DNA from: Candidatus Levyibacteriota bacterium
Lineage (GTDB): Bacteria; Patescibacteriota; Microgenomatia; Levybacterales; UBA12049
Assembly (NCBI GenBank): GCA_027459725.1
Contig: DAIDHK010000002.1
Span: 35,752-99,751 of the forward strand
Reading direction: 5' to 3'
Length of the DNA: 64,000 nucleotides
Each line of letters begins with the position of its first letter. Position 1 is the first letter of the stretch. Both the position numbers and the translations under genes were made by a program. Below, piece after piece: positions 10,257-19,984 of the stretch. The notes below the pieces were generated by a model. It saw only the letters and a program-made list of their open reading frames with translations. It did not search any database and had not been told where the DNA came from.

Positions 10257-11042
10257 ATGGCAATAGCCGAATCAGAGTTATTAAGAGCACAAAGATTTTT
10301 GGGGCATATTAGAAGAGAATATGGTGCTCCTAAATCCTTCCGCTCGACCACAGATTCACCTACAATAACCTATCAAAGTACTGATAATCGTGGATTAGGA
10401 AAAGTTCGGAGCATACGACGATTAATTCTTCCAGATCCACTAGATGTTCGGGACGACTCAAATGCTTTTTTTTCTGAATGGGCAACAAAAATTTGTTTAG
10501 AGAATCTGCTTAAACAGTATAATATGGTAGTTAACTTTGCTCCTCCAGATCTTGAAAGACCCGATATGACAAGAAAAGGTGTGGATATAATTATTGCTGA
10601 AAAAAACGCGGATAACGAATTAATCCCAATGTTAGGAATAGATATTAAGTTACGTGAATTGGACTCGGTTTATTCTACGGAACGCCATGCATTTGACACA
10701 AAACTTATTGCTCCCGCAATTCATGTTTCATTAGGTAATTGGACGATTAATACGAGAGAACAAGAAGCAGTTAAAATTAGAGAATGGACATCTGATGTAG
10801 CATGTCCAAATATACTAAGATCAGGAAAATTACCACATCTGGAAGAGTTAACTAAACATATTTGCAAACGAGTTGATTATACTCTTAGCACATACGTTGC
10901 TAAGACTAACGGCCATATAACAAATACCTATATCCCCACACCGGAAGAAAAGCATCTCTTTCCAATTTTTGGTAAGAACTTTGATACTTTCTATGAAAAA
11001 TTACTAGTTATGCAAACTATCTTTACAAATTTAAATCACTAA
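10257..11042 (+). CDS. Hypothetical protein; possible PD-(D/E)xK-type nuclease fold
   Basis: 261 aa, no confident family. The motif RPDMTRKGVDIIIAEK...LGIDIKLRE weakly resembles PD...(D/E)xK. Local GC looks higher than neighbouring DNA. Confidence 0.4.
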   Translation: MAIAESELLRAQRFLGHIRREYGAPKSFRSTTDSPTITYQSTDNRGLGKVRSIRRLILPDPLDVRDDSNAFFSEWATKICLENLLKQYNMVVNFAPPDLERPDMTRKGVDIIIAEKNADNELIPMLGIDIKLRELDSVYSTERHAFDTKLIAPAIHVSLGNWTINTREQEAVKIREWTSDVACPNILRSGKLPHLEELTKHICKRVDYTLSTYVAKTNGHITNTYIPTPEEKHLFPIFGKNFDTFYEKLLVMQTIFTNLNH

Positions 11043-11507
11043 TTCATCTTGGTGATGATTTATCCAAGCTCTATGTGCTGAATAGCCCGGCATTACTTTC
11101 CTAACTTGTATCCAGAAGTTTTGTGAATGATTTTTTACCATCGTATGAGCTAATTCATGCACGACTACAGAATCCAATACTGCAGGGGGTACCATAATTA
11201 ACCGCCAATTAAATTGCAGGCGATTATCATGTGTACATGCACCCCATCTCGATTTTGTGTCAACTACTGATACTGACCCATAATTTACATTCATTCTGTA
11301 CGCATAATACTCAACTCTTTTTTTTATGTGTTGTAATGACTGTTGCAAATACCAGACTTTTAGTTCTTTTTGAACTCTAAACTTTAAAAATTGAGGAAAA
11401 AATAAAAAATTGTTTAAAATATGGATTGATTTATAATTACCAAACATTAATTTACGCTGTTCACCTAAAAATAAGAACTCTTCACCCTCTATATATTTTT
11501 TTATCAT
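11031..11507 (-). CDS. DUF45/YgjP-family metal-dependent hydrolase (M48-like zincin)
   Basis: 158 aa. C-terminal HELAHTMVKNHSQNFW zincin-like motif characteristic of DUF45. Convergent with and overlapping the 3' end of 10257..11042. Confidence 0.6.
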   Translation of the reverse strand: MIKKYIEGEEFLFLGEQRKLMFGNYKSIHILNNFLFFPQFLKFRVQKELKVWYLQQSLQHIKKRVEYYAYRMNVNYGSVSVVDTKSRWGACTHDNRLQFNWRLIMVPPAVLDSVVVHELAHTMVKNHSQNFWIQVRKVMPGYSAHRAWINHHQDELVI

Positions 11508-12094
11508 CTATTAATTATACCCTAATCAGAAAACTACAAATGACATACTAAACCGCATTAGATATAAATCACATATGCCTACCGAAAGAATCAGAACTCC
11601 ATATGATATCGTTTTAAATAAATCAGTTACTTTTATTAATATCCAGAATCTTTCAATAACAATTATACTTTTTTCCTACAGCACCATGAGCATAGAAGTT
11701 ACAACTCCTCTAGGATATTCCACTTTAATCTTAACAGTCTCCATTCCAAATATCATTGGCTTGGGAGGATACTAATTAAGCGTGCAGAAAAAGGAAGACG
11801 TTAGCAAAATCTTATCTTTATTCAACAGATTTTTTCAATTTCTTCATAATATAAATTATTAAAGAGAAAATGCATTTGATTTTCAAATTGCCTTCTATAT
11901 ATTTTTGGATTAAACATTAATAGACAACTGAATAACTTCTCTGCCCTCTCTGGTACTGATATTGGCCTTGTATCATATTTAAGTGAAAAATAAGTCAAAA
12001 ATATTAATTAATAAAGTGTGTTTTTTGCTAACTCAACTGTCTCATGAAATCTTTTCATTTCTTTGGCAAATATACCTCTACTTTTTTCAGTTAA

Positions 12095-12337
12095 CTAATA
12101 ATATTTACGTTTGGAGAGATGGATGTCAGTCTCTCGAATCATTTTATCCTCCAACATGCGCTTAATAGCGCCATATAAACTACCAAATCCCAATTTAACT
12201 TTTCCATAAGAGTCTGCTTCAATCTGTTTCAAAATGTCATATCCATGACGATTCTGCGTAACCAGTGAAAGCAAAATATAAAAAATAGCCGGAGTTAAAG
12301 AATTATTTTGCTCTAAAAATTGTCTAAGTTTACTCAT
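12095..12337 (-). CDS. PadR-family transcriptional regulator (short)
   Basis: 80 aa. AIFYILLSL...HGYDILKQIE...GSLYGAIKRM winged-helix PadR pattern. Confidence 0.55.
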   Translation of the reverse strand: MSKLRQFLEQNNSLTPAIFYILLSLVTQNRHGYDILKQIEADSYGKVKLGFGSLYGAIKRMLEDKMIRETDIHLSKRKYY

Positions 12338-12420
12338 GAATCTCCTATATCGTAATTCGATATATTGTCAATAGATATATAAAGATACTCAGCTTTTTAG
12401 TTCAGCAAAAGACTGTAACT

Positions 12421-13125
12421 TTGTCACTTGAGATTGATTTTTGCCAGTTTTGGGCATATACTCCAGCTATGGAAAGACTAAAATTTTCCCCAAACCAAGA
12501 TATTATCAGTAAAACTCTTACTACTGGTGTCACCATTGAGGCTAAAATAGAGCTACCAACCACTATTATGGCTTCGGATACAGCCAATCATGAAGCCAAA
12601 CACGTAGTTGCAGCAGGTGAAATTGAAGAAGCGAGCATTGTCCCAAGAGGAAACGCGTTAGGTATTACAAGACCAAAAGTTTTGACGGCTGCCGCCGCCG
12701 CTGCTCCAGCAGCAGATGGACATGATGGTTATGGCTGGGACAAAAGAATAACAGTAACATATCTGGGAGTTAACTGGGAATCTGCACTAAGTATGGGACG
12801 TCAGGCTCTTGCAGGTAAAACCAGACTGGTGGGATTGATCGCTGCACAACTAGACAGAAAAGGTACTATATATCAGACAGATGTAGATAAAGCAAAACAA
12901 AAATTTGAAGACGAAAACAATGGTATGTATTATGCGTTCGTTCGCATAATAAGCTCTGATGGAAAGATTAGATTAATACAGAAAAAAACTTATCAACACG
13001 AATTAAAAATAAATAAAAAAGAATTACCTATAAACACGACAGGAGAATCAAACAAAAAACAGTCCAATATAAGTTACTATTCAAATATAAATAATCAAGC
13101 TAAAATAATTCCATTCAAACCATGA
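12421..13125 (+). CDS. Stand-alone FtsH-like (peptidase M41) zinc-protease domain protein; start uncertain
   Basis: HEAKHVVAAGEIEEASIVPRGNALGIT resembles the FtsH M41 HEAGH...IIPRGRALG zinc-binding region. No AAA+ module or TM segment. Alanine-rich linker and low-complexity C-terminus. Confidence 0.45.
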   Translation: MSLEIDFCQFWAYTPAMERLKFSPNQDIISKTLTTGVTIEAKIELPTTIMASDTANHEAKHVVAAGEIEEASIVPRGNALGITRPKVLTAAAAAAPAADGHDGYGWDKRITVTYLGVNWESALSMGRQALAGKTRLVGLIAAQLDRKGTIYQTDVDKAKQKFEDENNGMYYAFVRIISSDGKIRLIQKKTYQHELKINKKELPINTTGESNKKQSNISYYSNINNQAKIIPFKP

Positions 13126-13392
13126 GAAGGCCATAAGATTTCGGCCTACTAATATCAAGTAAAAATGGAGAGGACGAAAACACCACTTCATTGGAAACTG
13201 CACTGAAGGTTTCCAAAACTTACCAAACGTACAGTAATTTAATTCATACTTATATAATTGACTAAGGTAATATGTTTAATCAGATCTCAGGTATAGGTAT
13301 AAAAGGAGAGTCAGGTAGGTTTAATTTAGTAGGGATTGATCTTAATTGTTTAATCGTAGAAATAATCTTAAATATAAGTTAGCTTAACCCTA

Positions 13393-14364
13393 TTAATTTT
13401 GACTTACACCCAAGTATCGATGTCTTAATCTAAATTCTTCAAAATACTCTGTTAATCCAGGAATAATATCTGATAAATGAACTAATTTGCCCTTTACTTT
13501 TACCCACGGATCAACAAATCTGGGTTTGTTCGGACCCAGAAATTCAGCACTTTCTTCTCCGGAATAATGGAAATACTTACCTGGCTTTAAACGTAGTAAA
13601 TAGTTATCAATATCGTCATTATGGGCAGATTTTAATTTCTTCATGACATAATCATCTGTTTTAAACAAATCATCTTCTGTTAAGTACCCTTTCTTTAAGG
13701 CGATTTTAATCGACTCTGCTAGGAGAAAGAACGATCCATGAGAAGTGGGATCAAGCCAAATCAAACGAGAAGAATTCATAAACATGATTGCGAACAAACT
13801 TGCAATTTTAACATCTGTAAAATAAAATCGTTGTTTCTCTTCTTTGATTGACTTAAGAAATAATCTAACCGTTTCAAGTGGAATAAGGTCGAATGTATAA
13901 CCATCACGCATAAAGTAATCCCAACGATCCACAGAAATATCAGGTAATTTGTTATCTAATAAGTAAAAATGTTCTTTATGTAAAACTTTTTCGATGTTTA
14001 ACCCATGCCTTTGACAGATAGCCGGAATTTCGGAATTAAGAATGACTTGTTTAGTAAATTTATCATGAAACTCATGATTTTCGTCATGCATAACAAAATC
14101 AATTACATGAGAGAAAGCTGTATGGGGTACATCATGTAAAAGAGAGGCAACCTGTTCTTCAAGCGGACGATTAAACTTATTGGATAAATACCATGCTCCT
14201 ACACTATGTTCAAATCTCGTTTCATCTCTAAACGGTTCTATGAAGTGAACAGCTCCATCCTGGCTAATTTTTTTTAAACGCTGAAGAGGTTGTGAATTTA
14301 TTAAGTCGATTATTAACTTGTTCTCTATATTAATCGTACCGTATATTCTGTCGTTAATAATCAT
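13393..14364 (-). CDS. HD-domain phosphohydrolase, dNTP triphosphohydrolase (dGTPase/SAMHD1)-like
   Basis: 323 aa. N-terminus IINDRIYGTINIE...PLQRLKKISQDGAVHFIEP...TRFEHSVGAWYL and LLHDVPHTAFSH match the HD motif organisation of dNTPases. Shorter than canonical dGTPases. Confidence 0.6.
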   Translation of the reverse strand: MIINDRIYGTINIENKLIIDLINSQPLQRLKKISQDGAVHFIEPFRDETRFEHSVGAWYLSNKFNRPLEEQVASLLHDVPHTAFSHVIDFVMHDENHEFHDKFTKQVILNSEIPAICQRHGLNIEKVLHKEHFYLLDNKLPDISVDRWDYFMRDGYTFDLIPLETVRLFLKSIKEEKQRFYFTDVKIASLFAIMFMNSSRLIWLDPTSHGSFFLLAESIKIALKKGYLTEDDLFKTDDYVMKKLKSAHNDDIDNYLLRLKPGKYFHYSGEESAEFLGPNKPRFVDPWVKVKGKLVHLSDIIPGLTEYFEEFRLRHRYLGVSQN

Positions 14365-14393
14365 GTTAGCATTATATCATTCGAGAAAAATTT

Positions 14394-14945
14394 TTATTGA
14401 ATCGAATTAATAATATCCAACAATAAAGGAAACTCTTTTTTGTAAATAGTGTCACTATTAAAATGCCCTCCATGGGGAATTACAATTGGATCAACATTTA
14501 GATCCTTCGCCAATAATCTTAAATTGTGTTGTGGAACATGTGGATCGTCATCTGCATAAATCACAAAACATTTTTGTACATGTTCTTTTACTTTAATAAA
14601 ATCTATTGTTTTCTCTTTCATGAAAAAGTTATTAATAGAACTTCCATAATTATCAGAAAAACCTGAGACAGATATAAAAGCCTTAATTTTACCTCCCACC
14701 TCTTCCAAAAAATCTAATGCAGCCGGTACTCCCAAGGAGTGTCCAACAATAATTAATTCAGAGATATTAACATCCTTCACTGCAGTTTTAATTTCATGTA
14801 ACCATTCTTTCCGGTTTGGATGATCTGATTTAGGTAGAGAAGGCATGATAACCTGATATTCTTCATTAACCAATTCATCACGAAGCCACTTTTGCCAATG
14901 TATTCCGGCATATCCAGAAACTCCATGTAAGATTAAGACAGTCAT
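14394..14945 (-). CDS. Alpha/beta hydrolase, YdeN/RBBP9 serine-hydrolase family
   Basis: 183 aa. MTVLILHGVSG...HWQKWL and nucleophile elbow VGHSLG. Confidence 0.6.
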   Translation of the reverse strand: MTVLILHGVSGYAGIHWQKWLRDELVNEEYQVIMPSLPKSDHPNRKEWLHEIKTAVKDVNISELIIVGHSLGVPAALDFLEEVGGKIKAFISVSGFSDNYGSSINNFFMKEKTIDFIKVKEHVQKCFVIYADDDPHVPQHNLRLLAKDLNVDPIVIPHGGHFNSDTIYKKEFPLLLDIINSIQ

Positions 14946-15179
14946 GTTTCAAGTATAGACTTACACAATACTTTTAACAATACAAAATGTTTTTATGTTA
15001 CGTATAAAAGATTTATTTATGTTTAGGTACCTTCGCTCCCTCCTGTCTGGCCTTAGATAATACAATAGCAATTAATTGTTGGGAATTTTTCACTTTCTGA
15101 CTGCCATTTTTTAATTTACAGTCATGCATTGCATTCCTGACCTCTTTTTTTGCTTTTTTACCATATTTTGCTGTGTTAA

Positions 15180-15231
15180 ATAAAAATCCTACCGCTAAAT
15201 AGACTTACCCTTTGCCTACTTAGCGGTAGGC
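15180..15231 (-). terminator. Rho-independent terminator candidate downstream of the 15243..15479 gene
   Basis: 11-bp perfect inverted repeat cctaccgctaa / ttagcggtagg (15188-15198 and 15220-15230). On the minus strand it is followed by GGATTTTTATTT. Confidence 0.6.
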
Positions 15232-15242
15232 ATTCCTGAGAC

Positions 15243-15479
15243 TTACTTTCTATATGAACGCTTGACATTTTTACCCTTATCCTCTCTAAAGTCTGGATTA
15301 TCATTAATGACATCCTGATCGTTTACAAAATCAGTCTCCTCGTAATTTCTAACCGCTTGTCCCCCTTTAGAACCTTTTGGTGAATAATTCAAACCATCTT
15401 CTCCTATGGGATTATCATAATCAATATTATCCAAATCATTTTCATCCAAATTAGATTCTATTTTTTTGTTCTTGGCCAT
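15243..15479 (-). CDS. Small acidic hypothetical protein
   Basis: 78 aa, D/E/N-rich. Strong RBS (aggaggtgat) 8 nt upstream of the ATG. Terminator hairpin downstream. Confidence 0.55.
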   Translation of the reverse strand: MAKNKKIESNLDENDLDNIDYDNPIGEDGLNYSPKGSKGGQAVRNYEETDFVNDQDVINDNPDFREDKGKNVKRSYRK

Positions 15480-15712
15480 TTTTTATCACCTCCTGTTTCA
15501 TTAACAGAATAATCATAATATTTATTAGTAAAATATAATTCGTAGTCAAGTAAGAGAGATATAAGAACTATAGAAGATAATTAGATTTATCAATTTAATG
15601 TATTACACTACCACCCTAAGATAATCTTTTACTATAACTATCATTATTTTCTTCAAAAATAATTAAGTAAATCAAAGCTTAGAATGAACTATAACGATGA
15701 GACATAAATAGA

Positions 15713-16288
15713 TCAAATAACATTCACACTAACTTTGTTCGCTCCCAGAGGCTGATACCAATTTGTTCCATCTTGTGTCCAGGTAACCCAAATATTCTCT
15801 ATCCCGGTAGTATTCCAGCTTCCGACGTTATTGGCTGTATAAGTTTGGCCGGGTGCTAAATTGATCCCCCAATCACATCCAAAATTTCCTGCAGTACTTT
15901 CAAAACACAATGCCTGAATCATCTTATTATAAGTAGCTACGTTTTTGACAGTCACGCTAAATGTAGCCCAATCATCGACTTGGATAGTTGACCGGTTAAC
16001 CGTAAGAGGAGACGACTCTGAAATATCATTTTGTGGTCCTCCATCATTTGTAGGTAAAGGTGTGTAATTAAAAGAATTAGTAATTGGAGTAGGAATGGAG
16101 TTAATACTAGAAGTGGATAAATTATTTGTACCTGAGGAATTAGCGGGAATAGTTGTTGAGGAAGACGTTGACAATGATGAGGTTGAGGATGAAATTTGCT
16201 GCGCGTGAGCAAATGGATTATAAAAGAACAAATTTAATCCAATCATTAACCCCAAAACAAAAAACAACATAAATTCTTTTTTTGCCAT
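15713..16288 (-). CDS. Secreted Ser/Thr-rich hypothetical protein
   Basis: 191 aa. N-terminal signal-like hydrophobic segment ending AHAQQ, followed by a long S/T-rich tract. Confidence 0.5.
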   Translation of the reverse strand: MAKKEFMLFFVLGLMIGLNLFFYNPFAHAQQISSSTSSLSTSSSTTIPANSSGTNNLSTSSINSIPTPITNSFNYTPLPTNDGGPQNDISESSPLTVNRSTIQVDDWATFSVTVKNVATYNKMIQALCFESTAGNFGCDWGINLAPGQTYTANNVGSWNTTGIENIWVTWTQDGTNWYQPLGANKVSVNVI

Positions 16289-16291
16289 ATA

Positions 16292-16630
16292 CTAATTAAC
16301 CCGTATTATGCTTAATGAAAATAATGATATGAAGATAAATTGGTAAAATAAACGTAAGAGAAAGGTTTTTTTAAAATTTAGTAGTTGATGATTGTAAGAG
16401 GAATTATTGGCGATGCATCCTAAAGGTCTTCGATTTGGTATATCAGTTGGTATAGAGGGATTTATTTGTACACTCTCAGCTCTTAAACATCCCCCACTAT
16501 TTAATTTACCCATACCAGCAATAAGATCCTTAACAAAAGACTGTGCTCCTATACCAACCACAATTCCAATCACACCTGCCGAAGCCAGCAGTGGTGCTAT
16601 GTTAAGATAATAAAAGTTATATGTAATGTA
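16292..16630 (-). pseudogene. Remnant of an MscS-family mechanosensitive channel gene
   Basis: The minus-strand frame reads ...LLASAGVIGIVVGIGAQSFVKDLIAGMGKL...DIPNRRP, resembling the MscS TM3/beta-domain consensus (GxxGxAxGFGAQ-L-KDxxSG). It has no start codon or N-terminal TM region, and the flanks are AT-rich and non-coding. Confidence 0.45.
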
Positions 16631-16893
16631 ATATACAAAAGTATAATAGTAATCACATTACGTAATACTATTACATAGATTTTCCCTCTCCTAACATTTA
16701 ATAAAGATGGGACTTTAATCAAAGATCTTAGAATAGCATTGAGAAATAAAGCTATGATAATCGTTATTAAGATAATTACAACTTCACAAACACCTTTGGA
16801 AGATAAATTAAAAAATTACATCAGCCATATTTTTACAGACGGGAGTTAGATTTGATCGATGATAAAAAAGTAAGAGTTAAGTAGATATTCTGA

Positions 16894-17448
16894 TTATTTT
16901 TTTAACCAATCTCGGACTGAAATCACTTCTGCTTGACGTGGGAATATTTTTGTAAGTAATACATTATGAACTTCTTCATCATTATCGGCACAACAGTCTG
17001 ATAAAACTGTTAATTTATAATCCTTATCCGCTGCCTCCCGTATTGTAGAAAGCACAACTCCGCTGGTAGAAATGCCACATAGTACCAAATGATTAATTTG
17101 TTGTCCACGTAATACAACTTCTAAATCGCTTCCTGTAAATGCACTTATTCTTCTTTTAACTACGACAATATCATTTTTTTCTGGAGTTATATCAGGTAAT
17201 ATCTCGCTAAGAGCTAGATCAGAAAAACGATTTGGATTCGCTTTTATGATCGAGAAAGATTTATTATTCTCACTTATTTCAGGAAAGCCCGGACGGAATG
17301 TAACACGTACATAAATAATCTTCATAGATGCTATTCTTGCAGTTTTAATTGCTAATTTAATATTTTCTATCAATTTTTCCTGACCCGAAACATTTTTGAC
17401 AATATTATTTTGTACATCCATTACCAGGAGAGCACTCTTATTATTCAT
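16894..17448 (-). CDS. Isochorismatase-family cysteine hydrolase
   Basis: 184 aa. ALLVMDVQN at the N-terminus and the catalytic-Cys region LVLCGISTSGVVLST. Confidence 0.65.
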   Translation of the reverse strand: MNNKSALLVMDVQNNIVKNVSGQEKLIENIKLAIKTARIASMKIIYVRVTFRPGFPEISENNKSFSIIKANPNRFSDLALSEILPDITPEKNDIVVVKRRISAFTGSDLEVVLRGQQINHLVLCGISTSGVVLSTIREAADKDYKLTVLSDCCADNDEEVHNVLLTKIFPRQAEVISVRDWLKK

Positions 17449-18226
17449 AATTTATATTCTACCATGAAATATAAATAAAATCATAATAATAATATACCAT
17501 CACTGTGGTGTAATTGGTTGAGTTGACATATCCCAAATCTGAATTTCTGTAATCTGAGAATTATTGCAAGTCTGTATGTTCTGTATAGCATTGTGATTAT
17601 ATGAATTAACAAAAGTAACCTCATTTACGGACGATATCGCATAGATAAACTTTACAGGAGTCAGTATAGTTGCAGTACTACATTGAGGACCATCGGGAGA
17701 ATGAACTTGCGAATAGATTATTTGTCCGGGATATAGTGTAAGAGTCGGCTTAGGAATGGCACCTAGATCAATAACTTTTATGTTACTGACTTTTTGTATA
17801 TCATATGATACTTGAATGTAAGTTGCTACTATAGACAGTTAATTATTGAAATATTTTTTTATGTCTAAATGTTCCATATACATTGCCAGCTCCTGGACTA
17901 AAATATGCATTAGATTGTAACTGACTTGGAATACAATAAAAGACCGCAGCGTAAATTTTTTCGGATGAGACGTTGGGAGAATTATTAGGTGAAATTAATA
18001 CATTGGGTGTGAGACTGAGAGTCAAATTATTAGACATTACATTATCTAACAAAGTATAAACAAATCCAAAAACTACTAATAAAATTATTATGAGAATTGT
18101 TTGTGTCCTTCTTAAAAAAGACTCAATATCAAATAGTATTTATTAAATGTATAATCTGTATAAGAAAAATGGGGATATATCTTGAGAATATGAAAATACC
18201 TTCTATATTCTTGTTATAATAAATTT

Positions 18227-18965
18227 ATGCAAAAAAGAAGCAAGATCATAGTTAGCGCTCACGAACTAAATAACTACGTGTTTTGCAAACGAGTATGGTG
18301 GTTAAGATTTCATGGTTTTGATCAGGAATCTAACAAGTTAGAACTTGGTACACTAAGACACGATCGTTTAGTATGGCAAGCGCTAATATCACGTAAAATA
18401 TTTATTGTGGGTTTCATACTCTTAATTATTGGCCTTGTAATTCTTGTTTATGCTTTATTATCTAATCTCAATTTATAACATGAATCCTCTCTTATTTATC
18501 TCATTTATCATTATAATATCTGGTGTAATACTAATTTTTGTTTTCAACTTTTTAGAAAATATACTTGGATCCTTGACTGGTAAAATTATCTACCATGATG
18601 CCACTCAACTTCCGGGGAAGACACTAAGAGCTAAAACTTTGCCCCTAATTGGTAAACCAGATTATATCTTAAAAGAAAACGGAGAATACTTACCTTTGGA
18701 ATTTAAAAGTGGAAAAACACCAAAACACCCATATTCTAGCCATAAAGCACAACTTATGGCTTATTGCCTTCTGATAGAAGAAAATTATCATCATCGTCCT
18801 TCTGTTGGTATTTTAAAATACCCTCAAAAAGAATTTAGAATTAAATATACTATCGAAGAAGAATCTTTAACAAGACGATTAGTCAATGAAATAATACATT
18901 TAAAAATAAGTGGTGAAGAACCACATTGTGATCACCCTCAACATAACGTTAATCTAATTGATTAA
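18227..18965 (+). pseudogene. Cas4/RecB-like PD-(D/E)xK nuclease (DUF83-like), split into two overlapping frames
   Basis: ORF 18227..18478 carries the Cas4 N-terminal NNYVFCKRVWWL (YxxCxRxxWL) motif. ORF 18444..18965 carries LIGKPDYILKENGEYLPLEFKSGK (motifs II/III), QLMAYCLL (QxxxY) and a C-terminal EPHCDHPQH. The ORFs are in different frames with a 35-nt overlap inside a hydrophobic stretch. No CRISPR array is nearby. Confidence 0.5.
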
Positions 18966-19332
18966 TTAATATTCAAGACAAAGAAAATAGATTACTCCGT
19001 TTTACTTAATTGGTTGCTTTACATGTGTTACTGTATGCAAAGGGAACCCCTAGCTTTTTGCAATACTTCATGAAATAAGTTGTTAGCAACATGCAATATT
19101 CCATAAGTAGGTGCCATATTCTGCTCGATGTAATATGTTCGTAACCATAAACGAAGGAGCCCTTACACCTGTTCTATATATATCACTTCCTTAACTTACA
19201 ACATCTATCGTTTTGTCCCAACTGAAACGTTTATAGAGGCTATATATAAAAATTTTCAGCCATGTAATTTGAGGGCTAATATAAAGAAAAAGTCTTTTTA
19301 TGTAAAGATAGACTTAATAGAAAATATTTCTT

Positions 19333-19908
19333 TTAATTTTTTCCTAATCTAAAACTGACTGATATATATATTAACAATGAAATTATAAATAAGTAAACTG
19401 GAAAAGCTAAAGATGCATAAGTAAATGTTTTTAAAGTCATTATTGTTATAGTGGAGCTAATACTATTGGTTAAATAAGTCCAACCTTTCTCAGTATCTGG
19501 ATATCTGTATGCTTTAATCAATGTTGGTAAGGCAGCTAATCCATCTGCCAAAATACTAAAAGTTATGGCTATATTACCTACTTTAGTAATAAACCAAAAA
19601 ACTATACCTGCAACAGACAAGGCTCCACATATCAAATCGAACTTAGTAACATGCCATTCTGATTTTTTGTTGAAAAAAGAGGCAATAAAGATCAAAAGAG
19701 GTAAAAATCCCACAATGAAAGTCAGTAATGACTGAATCCCAACACCCTGTTGAATTTCAGCAAAGAATGCCACTAAGGGAGCAATCGCCCATAACAGATA
19801 AGTTATTTTATTCGGTTTTACTTTACCACTGATGGTATAAAATAAATAGCTTAATCCTCCAAGACCGGCAATAGCTACTGCTACATAGGTAAAATTTTCA
19901 TTCAGCAC
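19333..19908 (-). CDS. Integral membrane protein, unknown function
   Basis: 191 aa with about six hydrophobic helices. Short hairpin downstream (aagtct...agactt). Confidence 0.5.
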   Translation of the reverse strand: MLNENFTYVAVAIAGLGGLSYLFYTISGKVKPNKITYLLWAIAPLVAFFAEIQQGVGIQSLLTFIVGFLPLLIFIASFFNKKSEWHVTKFDLICGALSVAGIVFWFITKVGNIAITFSILADGLAALPTLIKAYRYPDTEKGWTYLTNSISSTITIMTLKTFTYASLAFPVYLFIISLLIYISVSFRLGKN

Positions 19909-19984
19909 AGATTTATTATAACAATTAAACTACCAACCTGTAGAACCTATAATGCTGAGTCTTACTGGCGTCAATGAGGCACTT

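Noticed and set aside
16407-16610. 67-aa plus-strand ORF
   Set aside because: Antisense to the MscS remnant, whose minus-strand frame carries the recognisable motif.
16620-16700. AT-rich quasi-palindrome (taatagtaatcacattacgtaatactatta)
   Set aside because: An imperfect, low-complexity AT-rich repeat in an intergenic region. It is insufficient to call a regulatory element or IS end.
17450-19330. CRISPR array near the Cas4-like gene
   Set aside because: No regularly spaced direct repeats were found on either side of the Cas4-like ORFs.
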